Below are positions 31,080-46,229 of a stretch of DNA of 64,000 nucleotides, piece by piece. Source of the stretch: Chrysomallon squamiferum (taxonomy: Eukaryota; Animalia; Mollusca). Made by a program: the position numbers and the translations under genes. How positions within the stretch are numbered: the stretch's first letter is position 1; each line of letters begins with the position of its first letter. The stretch lies in contig CM022679.1 in NCBI GenBank assembly GCA_012295275.1, forward strand, positions 27,838,001 to 27,902,000, read 5' to 3'. Below the pieces are notes generated by a model. That model had not been told where the DNA came from, did no database searches, and worked only from the letters and a program-made list of their open reading frames with translations.

Positions 31080-31701
31080 AACAATAATAATAAAATAGGT
31101 AGCATTTTACAGCCGAGATTTCAGAATTGTCAGTGTTTCTCTCATTCTTCATATTTGTGTCTCTGGAAACGGCTTACATAGATAATAGATGACAATGCGG
31201 CTATTAAACCCTGAAACTGAGCTTTGACACGAAAGAGATAAAAAGCTAAACAACAATAACAACCACAAAATAAATAAATAATTAAATAACTAACTAAATA
31301 AATAAACAAAAATAAAATAAAATAAAATATAATGAATGAATGAATGAATAAAATATATAAATAAATAAGTAAATAAATAAATAAATAAATAAATAAAAAT
31401 AATAATAAAAAAAACAAACAAAATAAAATAAAATGAAATAAATTAAAATAAAATAATGAGATAAAATAAAATAAAATAAAATAAAATAAAATAAAATAAA
31501 ATAAAATAAAATAAATAGATAAATAAAATAAAAAAACCTACCGACAGTCAATTCATTGTCTGGAATTGATTTACTCATTCATTTTATCAACTACACATAT
31601 AAATAAATATATGGTGCAGTCCCGATCAAATTCATTTAATTCAAAACATTCATTTCTGGATTGGAAGAGCGGACGTGAGAATGTATGAGTAAAAGTTGTA
31701 A

Positions 31702-32073
31702 AACAGTGCAGACAGTTTACAGTGGCGTTCTTCATGTTTCTGTTTTCTTACACGCTACGTCCTAACAACAGTGCAGAAGTTTACAGTGGCGTTCTTCATG
31801 TTTCTGTTTTCACACGCTACGTCCTAACAACAGTGCAGACAGTTTACAGTGGCGTTCTTCATGTTTCTGTTTTCTTACACGCTACGTCCTAACAACAGTG
31901 CAGACAGTTTACAGTGGCGTTCTTCATGTTTCTGTTTTCTTACACGCTACGTCCTAACAACAGTGCAGACAGTTTACAGTGGCGTTCTTCATGTTTCTGT
32001 TTTCTTACACGCTACGTCCTAACAACAGTGCAGACAGTTTACAGTGGCGTTCTTCATGTTTCTGTTTTCTAAC
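31702..32073. repeat. 65-bp tandem repeat, ~5.7 copies (aacagtgcagacagtttacagtggcgttcttcatgtttctgttttcttacacgctacgtcctaac)
   Basis: cagtgcaga recurs at 31704, 31769, 31831, 31896, 31961 and 32026. Confidence 0.95.
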
Positions 32074-33110
32074 AGCAGCAGTGGCAGAGTGGGGGGAGAA
32101 ACGCTGATGGTGGGTACGTACTACGAGCTGGACTTGTTGGTTATCGATAGTGAAGTCGGGAAAAGTACCAGATCAGGAAAGTTTAACGAAGGATACTAAG
32201 ATAAAAAAAAATCGTGATATGTACTCGTGTTAAATAGAGGAAGGAACGTAGACCTATGAGAGACCTTAGTATAAAATTAAAACAACGTTGAAAGCACAGT
32301 AGATCAAATAGAAGAAGAAGAAGAAAAGAAGATAAGAAAGAAAGAAAGGAAGAAAAAGAAGAAAGACTTACAAAGAAAGAAGAAAAAATGAAAGAAAGAA
32401 GCGTAAAAAGAAAGAAGAAAACTGAAATAAAGCAAAGAATAAAGTAAAAGAATGAAAGAAAGAAGTATCGAAAGGAAGGAAAGATAGCTCCTCCTATTTA
32501 GCCGCCCTCTGTGACTAAAGCATCAGTCAGTGTGTGTAACGTGTAAGTTTTCTCGTTAATCAAGTCGTGTCGTCATTACGTAACAACTATCACAAGTGTA
32601 CGATCGATTTTCTTTTCACACTGAACATCCGCAACCTCTTTCAGACTGGATAGAATAAGGACCACTCTTTTAAAATTAATAATCTGATTATATTCACGCA
32701 GCCTGTACTAATAAACTTTGTGACATGATGCTAAAGTATTTCATTTAATCATTTAATTTACATTTAACATTTGTTTAATTTCGAGTGCTTCTGACTGCAG
32801 CGAGGTAGTTGCTGATTTATTATGATGTAACTGGTTTTTTTGGGTTTTTTTTTTAAGAACTGATTACCCGGAAAGATTTTGGAACTAAGAGCTCCTGAAA
32901 TCGGTGGTGTACCTGTACTTCAAAACCTGTTAATAATAAAATAATAAATAACATTCATTCGTTGTTCCTTTATTTGTTGACGCGTTTATTCAGTATCAAA
33001 TATAAACATTCTTATAACCTTTTTACTTTTTCTAACAACATGTTAAAAGAAATCAATAACCTGACGAAACAGCTTTTCTGCCCCGTGAAACTGTGCATCC
33101 GCTCCTGTAG

Positions 33111-33656
33111 CAGTAAACCAGCTACCTCTGTATGAACAGTAAACCAGCTACCTCTGTATGAACAGTAAACCAGCTACATCTGTATGAACAGTAAACCAGC
33201 TACCCCTGTATGAACAGTAAACCAGCTACCTCTGTATGAACAGTAAACCAGCTACCTCTGTATGAACAGTAAACCAGCTACATCTGTATGAACAGTAAAC
33301 CAGCTACCCCTGTATGAACAGTAAACCAGCTACCTCTGTATGAACAGTAAACCAGCTACCTCTGTATGAACAGTAAACCAGCTACATCTGTATGAACAGT
33401 AAACCAGCTACCTCTGTATGAACAGTAAACCAGCTACCCCTGTATGAACAGTAAACCAGCTACCTCTGTATGAACAGTAAACCAGCTACATCTGTATGAA
33501 CAGTAAACCAGCTACCCCTGTATGAACAGTAAACCAGCTACATCTGTATGAACAGTAAACCAGCTACCCCTGTATGAACAGTAAACCAGCTACCTCTGTA
33601 TGAACAGTAAACCAGCTACCTCTGTATGAACAGTAAACCAGCTACCTCTGTATGAT
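33111..33656. repeat. 26-bp minisatellite (cagtaaaccagctacctctgtatgaa) x21
   Basis: Exact 26-bp period with three sequence variants. Confidence 0.97.
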
Positions 33657-33924
33657 CAGGCGAAACAGCGGCGTCTGCAACTTTACTTTTCATTTCTCCC
33701 GTGTTAGCGCTGCCAGGTCGTAAATACAGAAACAAATGTAGATTAGAACAGTTAAAACACTCAGTGTCCCTGGATACACACAAAATAAATACATAAATAA
33801 CAGAAACAGAAATATGTAACACATAAAAATACTACTACTATATTACAACTACTAATACTACCACTATTAATAATAAAAATAACAATAACAATAGTATTAA
33901 TAATAATAATAATTATTATTATAT

Positions 33925-33962
<38 letters not shown>

Positions 33963-35313
33963 GAAATAATATTAATAATAAAAGTAATTATTATCATCAT
34001 CATTAACAACAACAGCAGCATCTGCAGCAACAGCAAAATAACAAGAAACAACAATAAAAACGAGAAAAGTACAGTTATAGCCTTGAAGCACATTTGTCAA
34101 ATTAAAAGATGGTTACTAAAGAATGAAAAAATAAAAAATAAAAAATAAAAAGTAAAAAATTATCAAAAGGAGATGAAAAAAGATGAAATATTTTGTATAG
34201 TTCTAGACTCAAAGACGATGATGAAGATTCTGATGATGATACAAACAATTTATTAATTTTTTTCTTTTAACTCACTTAAAAAGAAGTTATTAATAATAAA
34301 TAAAAACACGGGTCAATATGATTTGCTCAATATATGGAAACGTAAAAAAAAAAATAAAATAAATAAAAGCAAAAAGGAAAGAGAAAAAAAAATAGATGTT
34401 AAAATATTATGAAAGTCTTTCGGCCCGAGGCGCTACTCGGAAATACGACAACTAAAGACAAGATCGTTATTATGTTTCGCAATGATAATTTAAAGTTTGA
34501 CGCTGTACTCTGAACACGCTGTGGCGACAAAGTAGAACTTTTCTTGACTCCAGTTTAAAGATATTAAAATTACCTGCTTTCTGTGCTCACTTTGTGACAG
34601 CTCGAAAGCCCCGGGCAGGCAATAAAACTGCTAGTATAGCTATTATCACATACTGTAATTAAAAAAATAAAATAAAAAAAATAAAATAAAATAAATCAAC
34701 CTTTCCTTTCTTCATCTTTTTCATCTGAAGTACTAAATGTAATAAAATTTGTAAAATTTAATAACTGAGATCTAAGATTCTTATTGAAACTGAATGTTCA
34801 AAGAGAAAGCTGAAAAAACCCAAAGACAACAAAATTAAAACAAAACATATTCATCCATCCATCTATCCTTCCATCCATTTATTTCCTCAGTCTGTTTGCA
34901 AACATGCACATGTGTGTGTGTGTGTGTACGTGCGTGAGTGTGTGTGTAAATGTGCTTCTGTGTGGGTGTATGATTGTGTGTCAAACAGAAACAGAAAACA
35001 CTATATTAGGCATTACGGTATTCATATTGACCTAAGATCCTGGTTATAGTAAGACAGTGTTTATGAAAAACAAGATTAACTAATCACTATTGTGATAATA
35101 ATGAGTTTCACAGTCTCAAATCCTTATACACCACATTGTCACAGAGAGGACCATGGGACTAACGTGGTCCCTGCAGACAATTCTATTAGGATTAGATTCA
35201 AAACTATCTTGTAATTTTGTCCTAATTATGTTTTTTCATCAAAATGTTAAAAAATGATTAGAAAAACAAAAAAAATGATAAAGCAAATGAAGTATTAAAA
35301 GGATTTCTGCTAT

Positions 35314-35317
35314 ATAA

Positions 35318-35394
<77 letters not shown>
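35314..35394. repeat. (AAT)n microsatellite
   Basis: Seen directly. Confidence 0.9.
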
Positions 35395-35396
<2 letters not shown>

Positions 35397-35953
35397 CAAC
35401 CAAAAAACCCCCCACAAAACACAACATTTATTCTACGAGTAACACAAAAAGAAGAAATTAATAATTTCATCAGCTTCATCTACAGTAATATTTCTTAATC
35501 ACTCATTTCACAAATATGGTTTTAAAAAAAATCAATGAAACATCATTTTGAAATATTAATAACTATAATTAAACTATTCTAATAATATAGAACATATATA
35601 TATTATAATCATCATTATAATCATATTCATTATTTGAAGAAATATGTACATACACTTGCGTTTAAATAGTTATTCAAATAATGAACATAATAATGATGAA
35701 GATGTTGATGATAATAATAAAATGACGGAGATATATATATTCTTAAAAAGGCAACTAAAAAATAAAAGAGTGTAAGCTTTTAATCTAAGTGTACGTGTTA
35801 ACAGATGAGATAGGAATATTTACAAAAATTTACTTTCTTAAGCCATTTTCAGAGTGGCTCGGTGCCAAACGACAACATTTTTCTTAAATGTTCCAGATCA
35901 GAACAGAAATCCAATCTCTTAAACAATTTTTCAAAATATCTTTATTCACAACC

Positions 35954-35984
<31 letters not shown>

Positions 35985-36618
35985 AAAAGCCTTTTTAAAC
36001 GTTTTTAACAAAACAGCAAAAAATACAACAACGATGTATTTAAAAATAAGCCTTCCCTTTTGATCTATTTATTTATTATTATTCGTTTTTAGACAACTCT
36101 TTGTATTGTTGTTGCAAACTTGCTACGGCTGTTAACAAGGGTATAGTGGTGCAGTATGTTGAAAAGGAATACAAAAAAAAAAATTAAATTTAAAAATTTA
36201 AAACAATTAAATGAGTAAAAGAAAACATATTCTTCAATACAGATTAGACTATGTTAAATAACAAACTAACAATCATTGTGCAAAGATCAAATATATACAA
36301 AAATAATGTACATCTCCTACCACTTTTTCACAGATTTTCAAAATACGTGATTTATAGACTTCAGATGTTTCTGCTACTTGTAGTCTCTGCCACCACTAAA
36401 ACATTTCCCAACTTCGATTTTTAAAAAACATGTTTTGTGGAGAATGAAATAAAAAAAAAAAAAAAAAAAAGTATTAAAGGTACAACATCCATTAAACTGG
36501 TAAGTGTGCTTTCACTTGAAACATATGGGGACTGAATGTGGTTTGCAATGCAAAATAAAGAAAGTGTTTGAAGGTCAGTGAAGCAACCGCCTGACGTCTG
36601 CGCCACAGCTCTCTACGT

Positions 36619-36762
36619 CTACTACTACTACTGCTGCTATTACTACTACTACTACTGCTGCTATTACTACTACTACTACTGCTGCTATTACTACTACTAC
36701 TACTACTGCTGCTGCTGATACTACTACTACTACTGCTGCTATTACTACTAGTACTATTACTA
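36619..36762. repeat. (CTA)n/(CTG)n compound trinucleotide repeat
   Basis: Seen directly. Confidence 0.85.
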
Positions 36763-36845
36763 AACAAACTGAGAATCTATGTAAAATTCAGAAATAAAAA
36801 CGATATTTGAATGAAACTAATTATGGTAAAACAACTGAACGATAA

Positions 36846-36892
<47 letters not shown>

Positions 36893-37849
36893 TGATGAAT
36901 TTGTTTGGTGCTAATTAATGAAAAGAATGAAATTATTCAATGTGTAAAGAGGAAATCTGACATCTCAGTAATACAAGTAACGTGATAAAAGTTGTTTATC
37001 CGCACACAGCAAGACTCGTGAAGAAAAAGAAAAAGAAAAGTTAGGAAGAAAAATGAAGATAAAGAAGAAAAAGAGCGGGAACAAGAAAAAGAAGAAAGAG
37101 AAGTAAATGAAGAAACAGAAGATTAATAAAAACAAATAAGAAGAAAATATACAAAAATTATGAGACCGATGGCAACAAAGAAGAATAAAAAAAATATAAT
37201 TTAGCGGTGTAGAAGTGCTAATACCGAGGATTTTGGGATAAGACGAGTCACGTGATTTCTCTAAGCGCTAACATGATGAGTTAAATGAGTTAGATGTGGT
37301 ATTTTTACATTCAGTTAGATAACTTAAGTACGACACTAAAACAATTTCGCCAAACTGACATTCACTAACTCAAACTTTAACTAGGCGCCTACACTTAGTT
37401 TCAGATGACTTCATTTGCAAAACTCGATTGCCTTAAATTTATTTCGTTAGACTCCATAGCTGGCACTTGAAGTAAATTTATAACTAACATTGTTCGTAAT
37501 ATATTTCAGCAAAATGGACGTTTCGAAAGAAAACCGTTACAGTTTGGAATCGATGGCGCTACAATTTCTTTTTAAAATCTCGTTTGGAGCAGAAAAGTGT
37601 AGACGATTCTGAGATAACTATGAGTAAATAGCGTGGCCCAAACTCGTTTAAAAATAACAAATTTTCATTTGTTTCTTTTAATGTCATCGCAAACAGTAAT
37701 TTAAATAATCAGTGACAGGGGACGGGAAATGGTAATTTCTTCAGTGACTGGAGACTGATAACTTATGTACTTTAAATACTAGAGATTGTTATATATTACA
37801 AATTGTGAAATTCCTATCAAAATATATGTAATCGCGCGAGAGACAAACC

Positions 37850-37904
37850 GTGTGTGTGTGTGTGTGTGTGTGTGTGAGATAGAGAGACAGATAGTCAGAC
37901 AGAC

Positions 37905-37983
<79 letters not shown>
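37850..37983. repeat. (GT)n-(GACA)n-(GA)n compound microsatellite
   Basis: Seen directly. Confidence 0.9.
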
Positions 37984-37989
<6 letters not shown>

Positions 37990-40274
37990 AGGAGATAAAG
38001 ATATCACCAGTCATGTTCGTGGGAGTAGTTGTAGTAGTAAAAGTAATAATAATGATGATGATAATGATTATGAATATAATGATGACGATGATGATGATAA
38101 AAATAAAGACAATGATGACGATGATAATGAACAGAGGAATAATAATAAGAAAAGAAAACAATAACAAAAACTTTAAAATTTTTATTCATCATCTTATCAT
38201 CACATCGTCATCGTTATCATCTTTGTTGTTATCGTTATAGAAATCCCATGTAAAAAAAAAAAAAAAAAAAAAAAATAGGATGTTAACTTTTTCTCTTTAA
38301 GTGAAAACTGAGGGTGGTGAAATAAAAATTTTAAATACAACTCTTCTTATTTTGAACAACATTAACCAAAGCTTTTAGTGTGGAGATAAAAAATAACTCC
38401 AAATTTTGGGCTATTTAATCAAAATCGTCTTTAGATTACAAAAATATTTTAATATGGCCATGTTGAAAGTGAATGAAAACTTAATTGCTTTTCCTGCAGC
38501 CGAGGCAATAAAGAAATAACAAGTTAGAAGATTTTTTTCTTCTTCTTCTTTATATTACGTGAGCGAAATCAATCGATTATAATTGGCCGCGAAGCAAGTC
38601 TATTATTACAGCGACCCCTGACGTCATGTACAGTTAGACATCAGATGGCAAGTCCCGCGTATCTGACAGTTTAATGGACACTGTGCTTTCACTGAAGTTG
38701 TTTTCAGACCACACAATTTGTAATAACGATTTGTAACTGCCTCAGTTTCTAAATTAATACTGTTAATTAATTAATGTATTTTTACTAGTTAAAACTTTAT
38801 GTGAGTTACTATGACTACGCGCCTCATACTAAATCATGACATCAACGAAAATACAGATAATTGAAACAAATGACAAAATCATCATCGGCATCTTGTTCAT
38901 AAATTATTTTCAAACACTCAGTATTCAATATATTTAAATACTAAATCAGTTTTGTGACTCTCTGTCTGTCTGTTCGTTTCTTTTGAGTCTGTTCACTGCT
39001 CTATCAGTGGCGTGTGCTTTATCGATATTTCCACTACATAAAAAATTAAAATATTTTCTTTCGTTTATTAATTCATTCACTTTCTTCTGGCAGATTTCTA
39101 GGCAGCTATTATCAGCAGCAGCAACAGAATCTGCTGCAACAACAACAACAAAAGGAGAAGCGACAATGTAAAAAAAAATAAAAATAAAAAATAAAAATAA
39201 AAGAAAAGAAAAAGACGTAAATAAATAAATAAATAAATAAAAACAGATATCAAAATTAATTTATTTCACCTTCGTTTTTAAAATTAACTTTGTATGAACG
39301 CGCCCAAGTCGTTTCGCAAACAAATATCAAAGTTTAGAAGTGCATCGTGTAATCGCGACTCGAACCATTACTTATCTTGTTTAAACTGATTTCTACTGAC
39401 ACCTCTAACACGAGCTTTTCAAACAACAATAATATTGTGAGTAATGGAAAATAAAAGTGAACTCATGTGGTATATATAATTTATAAGATCAGTGTGATAT
39501 TTTTAATATCACTAAAAAAAATTCTCCTCCGCAGATTAAAAATGAACTATATTTTATTTCTGTAACCAACATATCCATTGAAGCACAAACCTTAAAAAAG
39601 AAAAACTGATTCGAAAGTTAAATGAAAATTAATAATAATAATAATAATAATAAGAAGAAGAAGACGATGATGATGATGAAGAAGAAGAACAACAATAACA
39701 ACAGTAATAATAATAATAACAACAGCAACAACAATAATAATAAAGAAGATAATTTGCTAGAGTACTAGAATCGTTTATGATTCTTTATGAACACTAACTC
39801 TTTTGTATACAAATGTTTTAATTATTTTACACGTTGCATGTGTCACGTTATTCCAAACCTATTTTGTACGACCGTCCGTCTGGCAAATAGTCTGTAACCC
39901 AAGTTGTCTTCACAGAGTTAATATGTAGTTAATCACACACGTCTGTTTTATTTTAAATTAAGTTTGTTTCTTTGATTACTTTTATTGATTTACTCTGATT
40001 GTTGTTTTTTCTAAATTCTCTGCTTGTACAAAGGCGATTCTCGAGTTTGTTGTGTGAAAGTGTGTCGTTGTGGCAGCCGTCGGGAGCCAGGCTGCTTTGT
40101 TGTCATAAAACAGAAAATCTGTAACACGAGTACAGCAAGTCAAATATTAGCTTTATTTTATTATTCTTCTTCAATATCTGTTTTCTTTTCTCTGTCTTTC
40201 TTTCTACGTTTTTTTTCTTTCATTAGTTGTTTATTTTAATTTTCCTTTTCTTGAATCACTGTTTTATCTTTCGT

Positions 40275-40317
<43 letters not shown>

Positions 40318-41180
40318 CTGTTTATTTCTGTCTGACGTACTGTACAGAATTTTTTTGAATAATTTCATACAGATTAAAGCATAAATAATAAAGATCACTG
40401 AATTTTTTTTTTAATAAATTAAAATAAAAAAGAAGAACTTTAAGATAAAAGAAAAACTATAGAAAGAGTTATTGTATTAAAGAAAATAAAATTCTAAAAA
40501 ATGTACATATTGACTATAAAAATACACGTATTCTAACACAACAAACAACAAAAAAACAACAAAAAAATAAATAAATAAAAAAATAAAAGAAGAAAAAAGA
40601 AAGAAAGAAAATATTTTAATGTTTGATGTTTAAACGTGAGAAAAAAGTAAATGTTATTCTTTGTACAATATATTAAAATAAATACATTCATTCGATAACA
40701 TATTAAATATATATTAAGTATGTATCTGCTAGTACTTGCTCATATATATGTATGTACGTATATATTGCGTAATGTATGTATGTGTATATGAGTGTGTGTG
40801 TGTGTGTGTGTGTACGTAATGTAATATAAAGTAAATGTTATAAACTTACTTTTCTTACGAAAGTAATCAAACAAGAATAACCCATACTTTACTACTAATA
40901 TTATTATTTTTTTATTAATTAATTAATTAATTAATTTAATTTAATTTAATTTATTAGTTAAAAAAAAAAAATTATTTCATATAAAACTATTTGACACTTT
41001 TACCAGTTTATTACAGGTAAATGAACTAAGATTAACAAGCAGCTTCAATAAGTAATCACACACTGATTTAGTTTCTACCTGTACGAACGTATAGGTCACG
41101 TGATTTGTTATACGTAATCTCTCAGTCGAGAAATGTCTGCTGTTTCACCTTAATAATTACTTGATTCAGATCTGTCTGTC

Positions 41181-41317
<137 letters not shown>

Positions 41318-42448
41318 ATCTCTGTTTCTCCCACTCTGTCTCAGTGTGCGTCTCTCGGAATGTGCATATAGAAACTGCTGGCATCATTTCCTGACAAGGC
41401 TGATTAATAACACGGTCTGCTATTTCAAGATCGGCTGATTGATAGCGCCACTGATTAACGGGATCCATGCCGCTGCTGGTGAATATCATTTAAAAGTGAA
41501 CATTGCGTTAACCGCTATTTTATAGCGAGACAAACGGTTACCGGTGATGAAGATCAGGGTTTGATGTAACGTTGATTAGACGCGTGTAGAGTCATTTCAG
41601 AACACGTCCATGTCCTCCATGTTCTAGTAATCTTTTCTGCTAAATCGAAACCCAGCCAAGTCGCCATTAGTTTAATATTGATTTGCAGGAAGAAGAGGGA
41701 AAAGAAAAAAGAAAGAAGAACTGTATTTTCTAGTTGTAACCAGCTGTTGAAATTTCATTCTGAAAGAAAAACGTCACTTACCCATTGTTTTTGATATACA
41801 TTACAACAGCAAAAACGTATTTCTCGAAACAATAACAGATAAAAAGAATATAAACAACAATAACATTAGGAGAAATAAAAGTAAGAAAAAAATAAAACAC
41901 CAGGACATACTGACTAAGATAATTAAATAATAAAATCAGACTGATATAATCATTCAAATAAATAATTTATATTGTTTGCATACTGATGACGTCTGAGAAA
42001 AGAAACCCGCTAATGTCATAACAACATTGACTACTAACATAGCAAACATTATTTCATATACACCTTCACCTAAACAGTAAGAAAGACATGCGTAAAAACT
42101 GGTGGGAAAGGAACATGCAGTATGAAAGCAAATCTAAAAACATTAATCAGGTAAAAATAAAACAAAAACAACACACATACCGAAAAAACAAAAAGAAACA
42201 ACAACAAACAATCAACCAAAATAACAATAACAAGGAAAAAAGAACAAACAATGTAATTGAATTAAGTGAAGCCATTTTATTTTCTATCCCAAACTTGAGT
42301 ATGTGCGTGTGCGTGGATGTGTGTGCGTGGATGTGTGTGTGAATGTGTGTGTGTGTATTTGTATATAGAGTATTGTTAGTTTCCAAATACCTTGTTACAC
42401 GCAGCGTCTGCTATTTACTTATTAATTACTTTAATTACCTTCTTAATT

Positions 42449-42487
<39 letters not shown>

Positions 42488-43845
42488 CATTATATTTTGA
42501 GTGGACAACGTGTTGGAATGGACATAACCTGTTTATGTTAAATATTGAAGTGACTGAAATAAAAGTAAAATAAAAGAATTCACGCGTTAAGTTATAGAGT
42601 GAGTCAGTTATTGTTTAACTCAGATTAACTCAGATTAACTCAGCACACAGCGCCGCTCAGTGTTTTCTCCTTTCTCCAGCTTCAGACACAGGGGACTGCA
42701 GGATCGAAACCTTTCCTTGGACAACTGTTCTAAAATCTAAACATTTGTCCTGATACAGCCATTAAACCACTTTTATTTGTTTCGCGATGGAAATTGGATT
42801 AAAGGTTAAACTGTGGTCATTTCTGTATTATAAGTATTTTATTCAATTTCAAATACGATAATTAGATTTGTTTTGGTATGCAAATAATTTAAAAAAAGAA
42901 AATTTAATGTAATGTCCAAAACATTCCGAACTAGACAATTTTAAATGTTTTACTGAATAAAAAACACAAAGTAGGTTCTGTAGCTCATATAAAGGTATTT
43001 TTATAGAAAAAATAACTACTAGGTGTATTCACTAATCTTTACCTAAATGAAAAATATCTAAAAATCTATGAATAAAGCTATTACGATGATAATCATAATA
43101 TGTAGAAATTTAATTTTTGATTTTGTGCATTTAATTTTTATTTTATTCAACATGCATATTTGAATTTTAAATTATTTTTATTAGTAAGTTTTTTTCTCCT
43201 TTTTTTTTTCTTTTATCAACATGCATGTTTGACTTTTTTAATTATTTTTATTAGGATTCGTAAAATAGGTTTAGCACATCCTGGGTTTTATTACTTTCTT
43301 TTTCCTTATTGCGATATTCGTAAATTTATTTACTGGTATCCGTTTCCTACATTCTGGATATTTGTGTGTTTCTCAGATGAGGATGAGAGACTCAAATTAA
43401 TCAGTACAGACAGTCTGATGTGAATAGACACTGCTGAATTTTGCCTAATAAAAATAACCAAAAGAAGTCCTAAATAATCAAAACATTGCAGTAGGTTATC
43501 CAATCAAAAATTTCTAACCCGATCATGTGATTCTGACTGTACTGAATAATACAGTTTTCTCGATCTGTCATTGATAACATTAATACAGTTTATTCTGTCA
43601 CAGAATATCACCTCGTAATTTCTTAATTCTTGAAGTGAGGTATGACTGCGCACAGTTTTAGGAAGTAGAATAGTTACTCTACGGAAATCTGATTTTTAAC
43701 AGTAACAACAACAATGCGATAAATAAGCCAAGAATTATAAATAAATACAGAAATACATAATTAAATAAATAAATAAATAAATGAAAATGTAAACAGAAGA
43801 CGCTGCTTCTGAAAAGAAACTAATAGTATTTCTAGGAGTGAAAGC

Positions 43846-43850
<5 letters not shown>

Positions 43851-43941
<91 letters not shown>

Positions 43942-44090
43942 TTATTATTGTTATTGTTATTATTGTTTTCGTCATCATTATTATTATTATTAATTATTGT
44001 TGTTGTTGTTGTTACTGTTGTTGTTGTTGTTATTACTATTATTGTTGTTGTTGTTGTTGTTACTCTTGTTGTCGTTGTTGTTGCTGCTAT
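43851..44090. repeat. (GA)n followed by (ATT)n/(GTT)n microsatellites
   Basis: Seen directly. Confidence 0.9.
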
Positions 44091-45419
44091 TATTAGTCCT
44101 GATGTTAAAATGAGTAAAATTATGTAAGACTGACAGGTGTAGGTTATATTTAGAAGATGTTAGTTTTAATGAGAGGTCAACGACCCTGCAGGTAATACTT
44201 AGCTAACACCTGCAGATAACAATACCTGTGCAAGCGACACCTTTATTTACACGTGTTTCAACGACGTCGTGAGTAACGCCGGTGTCAACGGTGGCTAATT
44301 ATGCATGCGACACTTCTCTGTAATTAGACGTCGTTACAAAGTAAAAGTCAGTTAATTACAGCACTCACAGCGTCATTGTGAGGTCAGCCAGAGAACACGT
44401 CGAGTACGATGTCGCAGACACTGACATGCACTTATAGAGAGGCACAGAGCAACACTGACAGAAAGAAAGACAGACAGACAATCTCGAGTAAAAGATATAA
44501 ATAATAAATTTGTTATGAATTATCAGAGAGCAAAATAAAATTTGTTAATTATATACTCTATACTGTTGTTTTATTTATTTATTTTTTATTATTTTATTTT
44601 TATTTTTTGCGAGTTCACAATAAAGCTGGAAAAAAAAGAGTCATACTCTCTGTTTTGTTATATAATTAATTTAACAAGATACACAAATTAGATAAAACAT
44701 TCATCTGCAATACAAGTTAACAAAAAAACGTGAATATAAAAAATATATTGTGATGGAAAATTCTGAGGGTTGTGTTTGCATTAGTAAACTGCAATACTGA
44801 CAAAAACTAAAATTTCACTTAATCAAGGTTTTAGCTGAATAAAGGAAACAGTTGTTTATGACGACATCCAAAACTAAAAGTTTTCATCAAGTCGTTTCAC
44901 GTGAGAACAAAGTTCCAGTGTTTATTTTAGTTTTGAATTCGCGGCTTGTTGACGCTCACTGCACCATTTGAATGTTGCTGTGAAGAAGATGCTAGATGAC
45001 AACACACTCAAGATGGTGTTAGTTCTAACATTAACGAGACGTCAGCGTACACGAGTGGTAGTCGATCACGACATGACGTCCACGCGAGTACGTGAAAACG
45101 CACTCTGTGAGTCCACACCAACAGTTCAAACTGAGTGTCGTCTGACAATGTCATTATCTGTTACAAGAAAAGTATTTCTGCACACAAATCCTCGCCGCTG
45201 TTTTACTTCCCTGTTCCCCCCTCCCCAACACGACTCACTCGATATTTAAGTAATAATATTTTTATAACTTAGATGTTTGATTCAGAATCTCTGTTTACAC
45301 TGCTGCTGTACGTGGTCATACAAAGCGATAAAAATAATTATTCTCTTCCGCTTTACAAAGTAAGGTGGAGTCGGGCACCAAGTCCTGTCGGGTCAAAATG
45401 TCGGTGTAATAAATACGGG

Positions 45420-45579
<160 letters not shown>

Positions 45580-45990
45580 AAACCACAAAGAATAAGTGGT
45601 GATGGACAACGTTCTATGTTTTATCAAATCTGTTACGTATGAAGGACTTTTATTTCTTAAATAACATTTTAGAAAAAAAGAAAGATTGACAGAGATAATT
45701 GCCAGTATTGACATTTTCAGGAAAGCATAATTCCGGAATAAAATGAATAAAAAAAAGCTTTTTAAAATACAAAATATTAAAATATTCCGATGAATCATCG
45801 AACTGTATCAGCTGTTTTGTTGATGCTTTATTTGACTTGTATGAAGAGACACTTTTACACCGCCTGACAAACGACATGAATAAAGTGATTTTATCACGAA
45901 GTATGAAACATAAATGTTGTGTTTGTAAAACGATCAAGGAAACAAAGCTGCTTGCATCGACTACGAGCGAAATGTGTTTTGTGTGGCAGA

Positions 45991-46229
45991 GTTCGGCCTG
46001 CACGAGACCAGTTCAGCCTACACGAGACCAGTTCAGCCTACACGAGACCAGTTCAGCCTACACGAGACCAGTTCGGCCTGCACGAGACCAGTTCAGCCTA
46101 CACGAGACCAGTTCGGCCTACACGAGACCAGTTCAGCCTGCACGAGACCAGTTCAGGCCTGCACGAGACCAGTTCAGCCTGCACGAGACCAGAGCGGCCT
46201 GCACGAGACCAGTGCGGCCTGCACGAGAC
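45991..46229. repeat. 20-bp GC-rich minisatellite (gttcagcctacacgagacca), ~12 copies
   Basis: 20-bp period; variants cag/cgg and cta/ctg. Confidence 0.95.

Noticed and set aside
33111-33656. CRISPR array interpretation of the 26-bp repeat
   Set aside because: Units are contiguous with no unique spacers.
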